Virus record (IMG/VR): IMGVR_UViG_3300035696_000018
Location: 32,001 to 96,000 of that record
DNA length: 64,000 bases
Reading direction: 5' to 3' (one strand)
DNA from: a virus
Shown: positions 21,351 through 31,155 of the stretch, one piece after another
Numbering within the stretch: position 1 is the first letter of the stretch
How the letters are laid out: each line of letters begins with the position of its first letter
Translations under genes and position numbers: made by a program
The notes under the pieces: model-generated
Told to the model about the DNA's origin: nothing
Databases searched by the model: none
Seen by the model: only the letters and a program-made list of their open reading frames with translations

Positions 21351-22526
21351 ATGATAAAGCACATCAATCACCAGAATGTCTCGACGACGCCGTTCGTTGC
21401 GGCTAAGTCTCGTGCTTTATCTAACATTCAGAATGCGGATACTGTAATTCTCGAACCATCTGGCTATCCAGATGGAACCAATGTATCGCTCGACTACATT
21501 GATTACAATTCGGGAGACCCCATCATCAACCGAGAGTGCGACATTGCTCTTGAGCAGCAAGACCTCGACTCACTTGGTTATGAAGAGGGCATCACTGGTT
21601 CTGCGAAGTTCAATCCCGACACGGACCCCCAAAACACTGATGGAACGTACAAAAGCCTCGTCCATCGAACGATTAAGAATGCTTTCTACAACGATTACCG
21701 GAACCCCACGGAAATCTTCGGTATTGAGCATATTGACTTCCCATTAAGTAAAACTCTCCGAAACCTTTCCGACAAGTTCAGGATGTTCAGCATTCCTCAA
21801 CTTGTGTTTGGCGACAAAATCAAGCCCCAAAGCGTACAGTTTTACGATAACCTCCTTGATGACAATGTTGTCATTACGGATGATGGGTATCAAAATCTAG
21901 TCGCTGGCACCAACCTCTTCTCGAAGGTCCAAGAGGTCAGATTTTATCCATCGGGAGGAAACTATGTCATCACGGGGTCGGTCACTTCAAGTTACATTTG
22001 CCCGACGTACACGGATACCAAATCGGTCTCGGATGGGGATGCTGGCTATATGTTTGTCGGATTTTGCAGTGGAAGCATATTCGATACCACTGTCTTTGTT
22101 TTTCAATCTCAATCTGTACAAGCAAACATTGCATTCCAATATGGAAGCCTTGCTAATGGAGTAGCAAAGACCGAGTATCCGGTAATGAATCTGTCATTTT
22201 TGAGTGGTTCATTGCTTAATGCCATCGTTTCTTCGTCGTACCCACCAGAGTCAGCTTCATTTAGTATGGGATTCTTGAGCGGTTCTATCTTCGATACCCT
22301 TATTTATATCAATGGAGGTAGTGATACCGGGTCAATGGCGAGCATTGGATTCTTGAGCGGGTCCATTTTTGACACTTTGATTGCCGTTTCTGGAAGCAAC
22401 GAAACCTCGTCTTTCGTAATGACTTTCTTAAGCGGTTCAGTATTTACTGGACTGGTAATAGCCCCGTCTCAATACGAAAGCAGCGGGACGCTACAAATCG
22501 GATTTAACAGCGGTTACATTACGTAA
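21351..22526 (+). CDS. virion structural protein with C-terminal FLSGSIFDT repeats
   Basis: N-terminal ~195 aa paralogous to 23932..24648; about seven xxGFLSGSIFDT-like repeats. Confidence 0.6.
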   Translation: MIKHINHQNVSTTPFVAAKSRALSNIQNADTVILEPSGYPDGTNVSLDYIDYNSGDPIINRECDIALEQQDLDSLGYEEGITGSAKFNPDTDPQNTDGTYKSLVHRTIKNAFYNDYRNPTEIFGIEHIDFPLSKTLRNLSDKFRMFSIPQLVFGDKIKPQSVQFYDNLLDDNVVITDDGYQNLVAGTNLFSKVQEVRFYPSGGNYVITGSVTSSYICPTYTDTKSVSDGDAGYMFVGFCSGSIFDTTVFVFQSQSVQANIAFQYGSLANGVAKTEYPVMNLSFLSGSLLNAIVSSSYPPESASFSMGFLSGSIFDTLIYINGGSDTGSMASIGFLSGSIFDTLIAVSGSNETSSFVMTFLSGSVFTGLVIAPSQYESSGTLQIGFNSGYIT

Positions 22527-22546
22527 TCACAAATAGGAGATGACAC

Positions 22547-23923
22547 ATGAATAACGAAACGTACAATCTTGGAGGAATGCACCACCAACTGGAAGGAGCC
22601 TTTAAGGTTTCGGTGGTTGACGCCAAGACAAATGAAATCGTCTGGTCGCAGCCAGATTGGCATAAGAATTTGATTCTTAACACAGGCATGAACCAAATCG
22701 TGGGCACAACCTACGCTGGAATGTTTTCGGCGGGTATTGTCGGAACAGGTACGAGAACAAACTCGGCCCCCGGGAATAATGCTGTCATTTCTCAAACGGG
22801 AACGACAGTCACGCTTACATCCGACCCAACATTTTTGGCGTTTACCCAATCCCTCGGTGGATACACCCAAACCCTCGAAATAGGAGACGTGATTGTATTC
22901 GCTACGGGGTCGGGAGGAACGACCAACGTGTTGGTCACGGGAGGAATCAGTGGAACATCTTGTACCGTCAACAAAAGCGTGTCTCTGACGAACAACAATT
23001 TCACAATCTGGAAGACCTCTGCCCCAGGACTACAAACCGAAGTCAAACGAGCCGATGGATATAACATCGCAAACACCGCTGTTATTGGTGGTCAAGGAAA
23101 CTGTGGAACCACGATTGTCGGAAACATCATTTCCATGCAAAAGACGTGGGACTTCGCTCCAGAAGTTTCATTGGTCAACTATACCGAAGTCGGAATTGGA
23201 TGGTCTTATCTTGTAGGATACCCAGGTTCCACGTTTAGCCGTCTTCTTCTCCCATTTGCAGTTCCAGTTGGAAGTGGGCAAAAGATTCGTTTGGCCTATC
23301 AGCTTCAAGTGTCTATTTACCCAACGGCATCTATTGCACGCCCAGATGCAACTATTACGGGATGGACGCAGGTAAGCCCAAGTGGAAGTACTACACAAGG
23401 CTCGGAATCCCTTCAAACGGTTCTTTCGGGTGGACCAAACGGAAGTGGGCAGTTTACCTACGCTATGATTCAGTATCTCGATTACAACGGAGCCGTACAA
23501 GGATACGCCTCTCTTGACCCAGCATCCACCAGCAACTATTGTTCGTTTTTCATTGCGACGAACTCTCAATCCTTGCAGCCGTTCAACAGTGCCATTGACC
23601 GAACGGGGACGGGAATCAACACAACATCTGGATTCGCTGGAATGTACAGTGACCAAGGAACATTGCCATATCAAAATGCCTATGTTGCCAACTCGTTCAC
23701 CGTCAATAAAACGGCAACGTTTGGGCTTTACACAATGTCCGGAAACAGCAACATCCGTTCGATGGGATTTGGATATAGCTATCAGAACGTTGGATACAAC
23801 TATTCCACCCAACCTGGGACTCAAGCGTTTTGTTTCGTGTTTGACCACAACCAATACAAAGCGAGTACTCAGACGCTCACGCTCTCGTACACATGGACGT
23901 GGGATAGAACCTACGTGGCATAA
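22547..23923 (+). CDS. virion structural protein (tail-fibre collar-like)
   Basis: HKNLILNTGMN..VGTGT..LQTEVKR..YTEVGIG; beta-rich. Confidence 0.5.
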   Translation: MNNETYNLGGMHHQLEGAFKVSVVDAKTNEIVWSQPDWHKNLILNTGMNQIVGTTYAGMFSAGIVGTGTRTNSAPGNNAVISQTGTTVTLTSDPTFLAFTQSLGGYTQTLEIGDVIVFATGSGGTTNVLVTGGISGTSCTVNKSVSLTNNNFTIWKTSAPGLQTEVKRADGYNIANTAVIGGQGNCGTTIVGNIISMQKTWDFAPEVSLVNYTEVGIGWSYLVGYPGSTFSRLLLPFAVPVGSGQKIRLAYQLQVSIYPTASIARPDATITGWTQVSPSGSTTQGSESLQTVLSGGPNGSGQFTYAMIQYLDYNGAVQGYASLDPASTSNYCSFFIATNSQSLQPFNSAIDRTGTGINTTSGFAGMYSDQGTLPYQNAYVANSFTVNKTATFGLYTMSGNSNIRSMGFGYSYQNVGYNYSTQPGTQAFCFVFDHNQYKASTQTLTLSYTWTWDRTYVA

Positions 23924-23931
23924 GATGAGTC

Positions 23932-24648
23932 ATGATTAAGCAACTCAAAAAGACGGACGTAATGGTTTCGCCTTTCCGTGCCAACAAGGCACGGGAGTTG
24001 TTTAATGTACAGAACTCGTCGTGCCCCATTCTTGAAGAGTTATCTTCGAGCGTAGAGATTCCCGACACCCAAATCGCTCTCGACTACATTGACTACATCA
24101 CGGGGGAGCCATTGCTCAACCGTGATTGCAATATCGCCCTTGAGCAACAGGACGAAGACATAGCCGTTTACGAGGAAGGAGTGAGCGGCAGCTTGAAACC
24201 GTATAACCCCTCTGTGGATTCCTTCAACATCACTGGCACGTCAAAATTGCTTCTCTACAATCAGATGCGGCAGGCTTTTTATAACGGTTATCAAAACCCG
24301 ACCGAACTGTTTGGAATGGAGAATATTGACCTTCAACTGTCGAAAACGAATCGTTTTTTGGCAGATGATTTCCGAATGTTTACGATTCCCCGTCTCACGA
24401 TGGGAGACCGAATTCAGCCAGGAAGTGTCCAGTTTCAGGATACGGCGTTCGATGACAATGTTCGGATTCAAGATGATTCCAACGGCAACCTGATTGCGGG
24501 GGATTACCTATTCTCGAAGATTCAAGAGGTCCGACTTATTGGAAATCAAATCTTGCAAGGTTCGGCTTCTTACAGTTGTTCTGTCTATTATGAGGGGCCA
24601 CCAATGTTCATACCTAAAATCACTGCAAGCTATACGCTTCCCCCATAA
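23932..24648 (+). CDS. virion structural protein, paralog of the 21351 N-terminal domain
   Basis: LDYIDY..G.P..NR.C.IALEQQD, FRMF.IP....GD.I.P.SVQF.D and FSK.QEVR are shared with 21351. Confidence 0.6.
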   Translation: MIKQLKKTDVMVSPFRANKARELFNVQNSSCPILEELSSSVEIPDTQIALDYIDYITGEPLLNRDCNIALEQQDEDIAVYEEGVSGSLKPYNPSVDSFNITGTSKLLLYNQMRQAFYNGYQNPTELFGMENIDLQLSKTNRFLADDFRMFTIPRLTMGDRIQPGSVQFQDTAFDDNVRIQDDSNGNLIAGDYLFSKIQEVRLIGNQILQGSASYSCSVYYEGPPMFIPKITASYTLPP

Positions 24649-26381
24649 TGAATGCATCGGTATTAGTGAACTGGACGTACCAAGGAACCGATGATACCGG
24701 CTTTCTGTTGGAACGCTCCACCGACTCGGGGTCTTCATATCCCCTCGAATGGGGGTTCGATAAGAATACCCTGACGTACACTGATACGGATGTTGTTGTC
24801 AATGGAACGTATTGGTATCGAGTCGCTGCTAGAAACACAAATGGACTTGGCGGTTTCAGCAATTTGGCAGTCGTTTTCATTTCTCCACCTGCCTTTGACC
24901 AGACTCTCCTTACAGCGTCTCAATACAACTACGAACTGCAAGTCAACTTGAGTTGGAGTTACTCTGGGTCAAGTCAAGGAAATACAGATTTCTTCTTGGT
25001 CGAAAAGTCAAGTGATTTGGGAGCAACGTATCCAGTTTCGTGGTCGGTGACGGCCCCAGCATCAACTTGGAGTGATAATCTCCCGATGACTTACAGCAGT
25101 TACTATGATTATCGGGTCACTCCACATATTGACTTGAACCTTTACGGCCCTCCGAGCAACGTTTCTCGCTCGTTCATGCAAGCCCCGATTGGAACCGTGT
25201 ACACTTGGCAAACGGGGTCATCCGCAATAGCTTTTTGGAACTATCTAGGAACGTATTCAATGTCGCTTTCTCGTTCGGCGGATGGTGGAGTGACATGGCC
25301 ATTGACGACGGTCATTACTCCTTCATCATCGTCAACTTACTATTTCATTGATAACTCCACGTCTGCTGGAACGACCTATACGTATAGGATTCAAGAAATC
25401 GCTCGTCCAAATCAGCCAAATAGCACAGGTCCAGAAAAAACCATTCTCCAATATTCGACAACGACGAGTCTAGCATACGCAAGCGACCCTGGATATGACT
25501 ATTCGAATGTCGGCGACCTGATTACATGGGAACTTCACACCGCCTCGTTGCTTCAAGCAAATGACTCGGCCCGTGGCCAGTTTAGTATCAGCCGATTTTT
25601 GTTGGGTGGGGATGAGGGGCACGTCAACTGGCATGGTGGGTATCAGTTTTTGACCTTCCAATTGCTTGGTCCAACCGAGAGTATTTGGCCAACCTTTGGA
25701 AATCACGACCAAGCTGATATGGGTGGTGGTGCGGCATTCATTCACTATTTCGGATTGAGAACCGTCAACTACACTTGGAAAGAAGGATGCGTTCAAGGTT
25801 TTGTCATTCAAACCGTCTCCGAGACCGATACGACAATGACAAGTGGAAGTGCCCCGTGGCTATTTTTGAGTCGTTCGCTGTCATCTTCATTGAATGACCC
25901 GAGTGTAGCGTGGAGAATTGCGATGATTCACTCTTCTCCAATCTGTTCTCCGTTTTTGCATCCGCCAAACCCATTGGCATCCGCTATTCCGTGGCAACAA
26001 TGGGGAGTAAATATAGTGTTTTCGGGGCATAATCACATTGCAGAACGACTTGAATCTGGCTCAGTTCTTCATGTGATGAATGGAACATTTGCCAATTCCA
26101 AGACGAATTACTATCTGCGTGGGTCTCCCCATCCATATAGCAAAAACATATTCTCCAATGCAAATGACGGAAACGGCCCATATTTCAAAGGATACCTTTG
26201 GAACAACATTCTGGCGACTCCGCAGTACTTGTCCATGTCCTTTTACAGCGGTTCGACGAAAGTTCCCGACACGTCATCAACGTCAATCCCAGGTGCCCAT
26301 ATGGATGGAGGAAGTTTCATTTGGCAACATCTCCCGCCGCTTGCAACTCCATCGTTAACTTCCAGCACATTGTCCGTTTAA
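24648..26381 (+). CDS. fibronectin type III repeat protein with calcineurin-like metallophosphoesterase domain
   Basis: Three FN3-like units (e.g. YWYRVAARN); phosphoesterase motifs SDPG, GGD, GNHD, IHSSP, SGHNH. Confidence 0.7.
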   Translation: MNASVLVNWTYQGTDDTGFLLERSTDSGSSYPLEWGFDKNTLTYTDTDVVVNGTYWYRVAARNTNGLGGFSNLAVVFISPPAFDQTLLTASQYNYELQVNLSWSYSGSSQGNTDFFLVEKSSDLGATYPVSWSVTAPASTWSDNLPMTYSSYYDYRVTPHIDLNLYGPPSNVSRSFMQAPIGTVYTWQTGSSAIAFWNYLGTYSMSLSRSADGGVTWPLTTVITPSSSSTYYFIDNSTSAGTTYTYRIQEIARPNQPNSTGPEKTILQYSTTTSLAYASDPGYDYSNVGDLITWELHTASLLQANDSARGQFSISRFLLGGDEGHVNWHGGYQFLTFQLLGPTESIWPTFGNHDQADMGGGAAFIHYFGLRTVNYTWKEGCVQGFVIQTVSETDTTMTSGSAPWLFLSRSLSSSLNDPSVAWRIAMIHSSPICSPFLHPPNPLASAIPWQQWGVNIVFSGHNHIAERLESGSVLHVMNGTFANSKTNYYLRGSPHPYSKNIFSNANDGNGPYFKGYLWNNILATPQYLSMSFYSGSTKVPDTSSTSIPGAHMDGGSFIWQHLPPLATPSLTSSTLSV

Positions 26382-26396
26382 CCGATATTTATATCT

Positions 26397-26975
26397 ATGG
26401 CATACGCCGCACTCATAACTTGGAATTACGTCCTCTCCGATGAAACGGGATTTTTGTTGCAACGTTCAACAAACTCTGGTTCGACGTGGACGTTGAATCT
26501 TCCGCAACCTGTGACCACTTCTTATGTGGATGCAGCCGTTGTGACGTACGGTACGTACTGGTATCGAATTGCCGCAACCAACCAATATGGAACGGGGTCA
26601 TTTAGTAACACGGGCAGTGTTTTCATTCCTGTCCTTCCACCAAATCCTCCAAGCAACCTGATGCTCGCAAGTGGGTCGGTTAGTGCGTCATGGCAATCTG
26701 GGTCAGTAGATTCCAATCATGGACCAACTGATTACTACACCTTTCAGAAATCTTTCGATGGCATCAACTTTTCGGAACTTCGTGTGACTCTCATTGAATC
26801 CACGATTGATACGAATGTTACGGCAAGTGTGGGTACAGGAAGTACTTACTGGTATGACGTTGCCGCAGTTAATACCGCTGGAACTTCAAGTTTCACTCCA
26901 ACGGCAAGCATTTCATTTACGTATAATCCAATTCCGCAGGCCGTTCCAAGATTGACTGCGAGTATCGTACCTTAA
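26397..26975 (+). CDS. two-domain fibronectin type III protein
   Basis: YWYRIAATNQYGTGSFSN; YWYDVAAVNTAGTS. Confidence 0.75.
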   Translation: MAYAALITWNYVLSDETGFLLQRSTNSGSTWTLNLPQPVTTSYVDAAVVTYGTYWYRIAATNQYGTGSFSNTGSVFIPVLPPNPPSNLMLASGSVSASWQSGSVDSNHGPTDYYTFQKSFDGINFSELRVTLIESTIDTNVTASVGTGSTYWYDVAAVNTAGTSSFTPTASISFTYNPIPQAVPRLTASIVP

Positions 26976-26988
26976 CCACTAGAAACAT

Positions 26989-28647
26989 ATGGCAGGCGTA
27001 GCATCATCAATCAAATTGTTTACGGTTCCTCAAGCTGGTGGTACACTTACCGCCAGTTTTGCATCGGCTCAATCTATTTCACTAGGAGGCACTTCGACAG
27101 CTTTATCGGCATCAGGATTTTCTGCGACCATTCACGTCACGGCGAGCACTATAACTGCTGGTGGATATACCTTTAATGGATGGTATAACGGTGCTTCTCT
27201 GTTATCATCAAACGTTACTTATTCGTTCACAATAACAACTGGACAAAACGTATATTCAGCAAGTTTCTCGGGGGGCGGTGGACCGACAAACTATTCGGTG
27301 TCTCTCGCTGATAGCCCGAGTGGAAATTCCGTTCTCAGTGGAAGTGGTGTTTTTGCTTCGGGGAGTACCGTAACCGCCGCCGTGGGTCCGAACTATGGAT
27401 ATACCTTTTTGCAATGGACAACTGGTTCGGTCACTGCAAGTCTTTCTCCGACCTATTCATTTTCCATTGCCAACAACACTCAGCTTACAGCAAGCTTGGG
27501 GACAGCACCATTTTCAGTATCATTGGTCGCAAGTCCATCAGGAGATGCTACCCTAAGCGGCAGCGGAATCTTCCTTTCAGGGAGCACCGTGAGTGTTTCC
27601 GCAGGGCCAAACTATGGCTATACATTTTTGAACTGGACCTCGGCGTCAGTCAATGTCAGCACAAGTCCAACTTATTCGTTTGCCATTGGCAATACTCAAC
27701 AACTTACAGCAAGCCTCGGGAATGCGAGTTTCACGGCTTCCATCGCTGTAACCCCTTCTGGGTCTGCCTCTCTCAGCGGCAGTGGAATATACGTGTCGGG
27801 CAGCTTGGTGACAATTACGGCGACTCCTATTTTTGGATACGCCTTCAATGTTTGGACAACTGGCTCGGTAACGGCAAGTTCTTCTCCATCCTATACATTT
27901 GCCCTCGGAGAAAACGATTATTACACCGCCAGCGTTTACCCCGTGTACTATACGGTCTATACCGTAGATAACCCATTGGGAAGCACTGTCCTCAGTGGAA
28001 GCGGAACGTTTTTGTCGGGGAGCACTATTAGCGTCACTGCCACGGCGAATGCGGGATTCACCCCAGGAAGTTGGCTGACTGGCTCGACTACGGCAAGTGC
28101 ATTGCCAACTTATACGTTTGTTCTTGGAAGTGATACCTACCTTACTGCAAGCACAGACCCGATTTTCTACACGATAAATGCCGTCGCCATACCAGTTGGA
28201 AATGGAACAGCCACAGGCAGTGGAGTGTATCCGTACAATGGCACCGTGACATTGACCGAGAATACAAACTCTCGTTGTATTTTCGTTTCGTGGCTTGACG
28301 AAGGTGGGTCTCAACTAAGTACAAGCCAAAGTTACACTTTTACGGCAACTCGCAATGCGGTGATTACTGCTTCTTTCTACCACATACCATCGGTATCGTT
28401 GAACTGGGCGTACGACCTCACGGACGAAACGGTGTTTATGCTCCAACGTTCTAGCGATGGTCAAATAACATGGCCAGTTACAATATTCACCACGTCCACG
28501 CAGTCGGTAGATTACGACATAGCATACGACATCGAGTTGGGGGCACAATATTGGTATCAGGTTGCAGCAGTCAATAGTTATGGAACGGGGTCTTTCAGCA
28601 ACGTGGCGTACGTGAATATACCAGGGTTAATCCCGCCGCCCGTCTAA
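26989..28647 (+). CDS. InlB B-repeat-like (Flg_new-type) tandem-repeat protein with C-terminal FN3
   Basis: About six ~73-aa repeats (LSGSG.F.SGS.V...A.P..GY.F..W......S.SPTYSF) followed by YWYQVAAVNSYG. Confidence 0.7.
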   Translation: MAGVASSIKLFTVPQAGGTLTASFASAQSISLGGTSTALSASGFSATIHVTASTITAGGYTFNGWYNGASLLSSNVTYSFTITTGQNVYSASFSGGGGPTNYSVSLADSPSGNSVLSGSGVFASGSTVTAAVGPNYGYTFLQWTTGSVTASLSPTYSFSIANNTQLTASLGTAPFSVSLVASPSGDATLSGSGIFLSGSTVSVSAGPNYGYTFLNWTSASVNVSTSPTYSFAIGNTQQLTASLGNASFTASIAVTPSGSASLSGSGIYVSGSLVTITATPIFGYAFNVWTTGSVTASSSPSYTFALGENDYYTASVYPVYYTVYTVDNPLGSTVLSGSGTFLSGSTISVTATANAGFTPGSWLTGSTTASALPTYTFVLGSDTYLTASTDPIFYTINAVAIPVGNGTATGSGVYPYNGTVTLTENTNSRCIFVSWLDEGGSQLSTSQSYTFTATRNAVITASFYHIPSVSLNWAYDLTDETVFMLQRSSDGQITWPVTIFTTSTQSVDYDIAYDIELGAQYWYQVAAVNSYGTGSFSNVAYVNIPGLIPPPV

Positions 28648-28681
28648 AATGACCTCGAAGAGATATGTATAAAGCAGAGTT

Positions 28682-31123
28682 ATGTACGTCAATGTTCTAA
28701 ACAACAACTACGGCTACGCAGTGGCGACTTACGGCAACTACGTTGTCGTCTCCAACCCTGACCTTCTCCGATGGAATTCCGCAACTGCTTCGTTGCAGCA
28801 TTCGGGGACCGTGGATGTGTTTTTATACAACCGTGCCAAAGACGAGCACGATTACGTAGGAACGCTTTATCAGGTGTGGCGTCCGATGGATGTTCTCATG
28901 ACTTCGGAAGTCGTTTCTGCCTCGTGGCATATCACGACCGAAAACAACAATTGGTATCCCGATTATCAGATTTCGATTGACAAAGACCTCTACACGTCTT
29001 CCCTCGAAAACTCTTTTGGCAAATCTCTCGACATGTATGAGAATCTGGTGGTCGTCGGCACGCCTTATCTCACACAGGTATCTCAAACGACTGCCAGCTT
29101 TCTAACTGCATCTTACGCAATGGCAGAGGTTTATGACCTGAACGCACTCAAATGGACTGCCAATAGTCATAGTGCCGCCACGTTCACGATTGACGACCCA
29201 GACCTGTACATTGACCCCAATGCCGTGACAGGCTCGTTCGGGTGGTCGGTCTCAATCAGCAAAGATTGGCTCGCCGTGGGGTCTCCATTTTACAGTGCCT
29301 CCAACGGAGCGGTGTATATCTACAAAAATGTGAGTGCGGGGAACAATTACTCATGGTCGTTGTTCCAAAAAATCACCAGCCCAGAAACTTTCGACCAAGC
29401 ACAATTCGGCTTTAGCATGAAATTGAACAAGGCCGATAGCCAATACTCTTGGAGTTTGGTGGTAGGAAATGGGAACCCATCTGCTATTGAAGCATACCTG
29501 TACGAATACAGCGGAAGTGCGTGGTCACAATCCTATGTATTCCACCCCGATTACACCAACATGCCGTTGACGTTCAATCCGAAGTATTACGCACCACCAG
29601 GACAATTTCAGACCGTGTATGGCCCCGTGGACTTCCTTACGATGAACACCACCAATGGATTCGGATATTCGGTGGGGTGCTACGATGATTCCGTCATCAT
29701 CGGAGAACCATATGACCGTATGTTCTACGAGTTCAGCGGGTCAACGCTTTATCAACAGGGTTCAGCATACATATTCGAGCGTTGCACAGATTACCCACAC
29801 GGCTTCCAACAAGTTCTTAAGACCTATGGAACTCCTACCACCCTCTACAACAACCGCATGGGATGGTCCGTGGATATGTGGGGAACTAACGCCGTAGTAG
29901 GCATTCCAAAGCTTGATGTTGAGAGCATGACTTCGTGCTACATTGCGGGAACATTGAACCAACTTCACTATTGCAACGCCGACCTTCAAACACTTTTGAC
30001 TGGTCAAGCTATGCTTGTTCAGAAAAATACTGGGTCTGGTCAATGGGGCATCACCAACGTCTATCAGAAGAAGAAGAAATACCTCAGCCCATATCGTGAT
30101 TTCGGGTATGACGTTGCCGTAGCCGATGAATCAATGGTTGTAGGTTCCCCGATGTATCTATGGGATAGCAATCGTGAAATCAACATTGTCGTTACCCAGA
30201 GTGCTGATACTAACCTCGACGACCTTACGGGAAAAGCATACATTTACAATCTGCACAACCTCCGTGACCAGTTCCACGTTGGAAACGTATTCTATCGAAA
30301 CGGAAAGATTGTCATCATGACTTCTGGCTCGGTGTTTGATGGGTTGTTCTACGCCCCAATCAATACCTACACTTACGAATACGATTTGGAGTTCGAGAGT
30401 CAGCACACCATCCTTGAGAAACAAATCATTTGCACCGTGGACCCAGGCGAATTCAACGTAAGCACCAACCCATCCTCGGTTACGAAACAAGCCTCGATTT
30501 TGGACATCAACAACAACGGGGTGTTCGATTTCCAAGACGTGGACGTGATTCTTCGTTACATGCAGTACAAGAATACGCAGATTCTCGGCCTTCCAACCTC
30601 GTTCAATTGGAGTTCGTCCATTGTTACGACAGACGACGAGATAAGTTTACTGAACTACTATCAGGCCAACACTGATAGCAGCACGACGTTGTTCTATTTG
30701 AGTCAGAGTTTCAATACTTGGGAGAACGTGGATACTTCCATGCAAACCACCTTGGATTTGAACCAAGATAATCGCATTGATATTCGGGACATGAATATCA
30801 TGTGGAAGTACTTCTCCAATCGTTTGACTCAAGAGAACTATGCCACTTTCATTACCCCAGCGTGTAACCGTCGTTTGTTTAGCGACGTAATAGATTACCT
30901 CAACGGTTTGAGCAGGAAGTTCGCTCTGCCGACGATTCAAGCCCAATTCACGGATTACGAGCGTCTTTCGACGTTCGACAAGACAGGCTCGTATTTAGCC
31001 CCAATGGCCACTACAATCGGTTTGTACGATGGGTTAAGCCTTGTGGCCGTGGCCAAGCTTGGCACGCCAATCAAGATAACACCCGAATTGCCCATAAATT
31101 TCGTGGTGAAAATGGACTTCTAA
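28682..31123 (+). CDS. FG-GAP-like beta-propeller virion protein with dockerin/EF-hand-like loops
   Basis: Repeated FG.SV....LAVG.P; LDINNNGVFDFQD and LDLNQDNRIDIRD; C-terminal TTIGLYD..VAVAKL..P..KMDF. Confidence 0.65.
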   Translation: MYVNVLNNNYGYAVATYGNYVVVSNPDLLRWNSATASLQHSGTVDVFLYNRAKDEHDYVGTLYQVWRPMDVLMTSEVVSASWHITTENNNWYPDYQISIDKDLYTSSLENSFGKSLDMYENLVVVGTPYLTQVSQTTASFLTASYAMAEVYDLNALKWTANSHSAATFTIDDPDLYIDPNAVTGSFGWSVSISKDWLAVGSPFYSASNGAVYIYKNVSAGNNYSWSLFQKITSPETFDQAQFGFSMKLNKADSQYSWSLVVGNGNPSAIEAYLYEYSGSAWSQSYVFHPDYTNMPLTFNPKYYAPPGQFQTVYGPVDFLTMNTTNGFGYSVGCYDDSVIIGEPYDRMFYEFSGSTLYQQGSAYIFERCTDYPHGFQQVLKTYGTPTTLYNNRMGWSVDMWGTNAVVGIPKLDVESMTSCYIAGTLNQLHYCNADLQTLLTGQAMLVQKNTGSGQWGITNVYQKKKKYLSPYRDFGYDVAVADESMVVGSPMYLWDSNREINIVVTQSADTNLDDLTGKAYIYNLHNLRDQFHVGNVFYRNGKIVIMTSGSVFDGLFYAPINTYTYEYDLEFESQHTILEKQIICTVDPGEFNVSTNPSSVTKQASILDINNNGVFDFQDVDVILRYMQYKNTQILGLPTSFNWSSSIVTTDDEISLLNYYQANTDSSTTLFYLSQSFNTWENVDTSMQTTLDLNQDNRIDIRDMNIMWKYFSNRLTQENYATFITPACNRRLFSDVIDYLNGLSRKFALPTIQAQFTDYERLSTFDKTGSYLAPMATTIGLYDGLSLVAVAKLGTPIKITPELPINFVVKMDF

Positions 31124-31155
31124 CGATATTTATAACTGTAAGGAAATAGACGACT

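Noticed and set aside
26379-26399. Stop-codon readthrough fusing 24648 and 26397 (same frame)
   Set aside because: The stop is TAA, the gap holds its own TATTTATA motif, and the other two junctions in the chain are out of frame. Not formally excluded.
26989-28400. Diversity-generating retroelement or DNA repeat array in the B-repeat gene
   Set aside because: The repeats are degenerate protein-domain repeats without adenine-specific variation, and there is no reverse transcriptase in the window.
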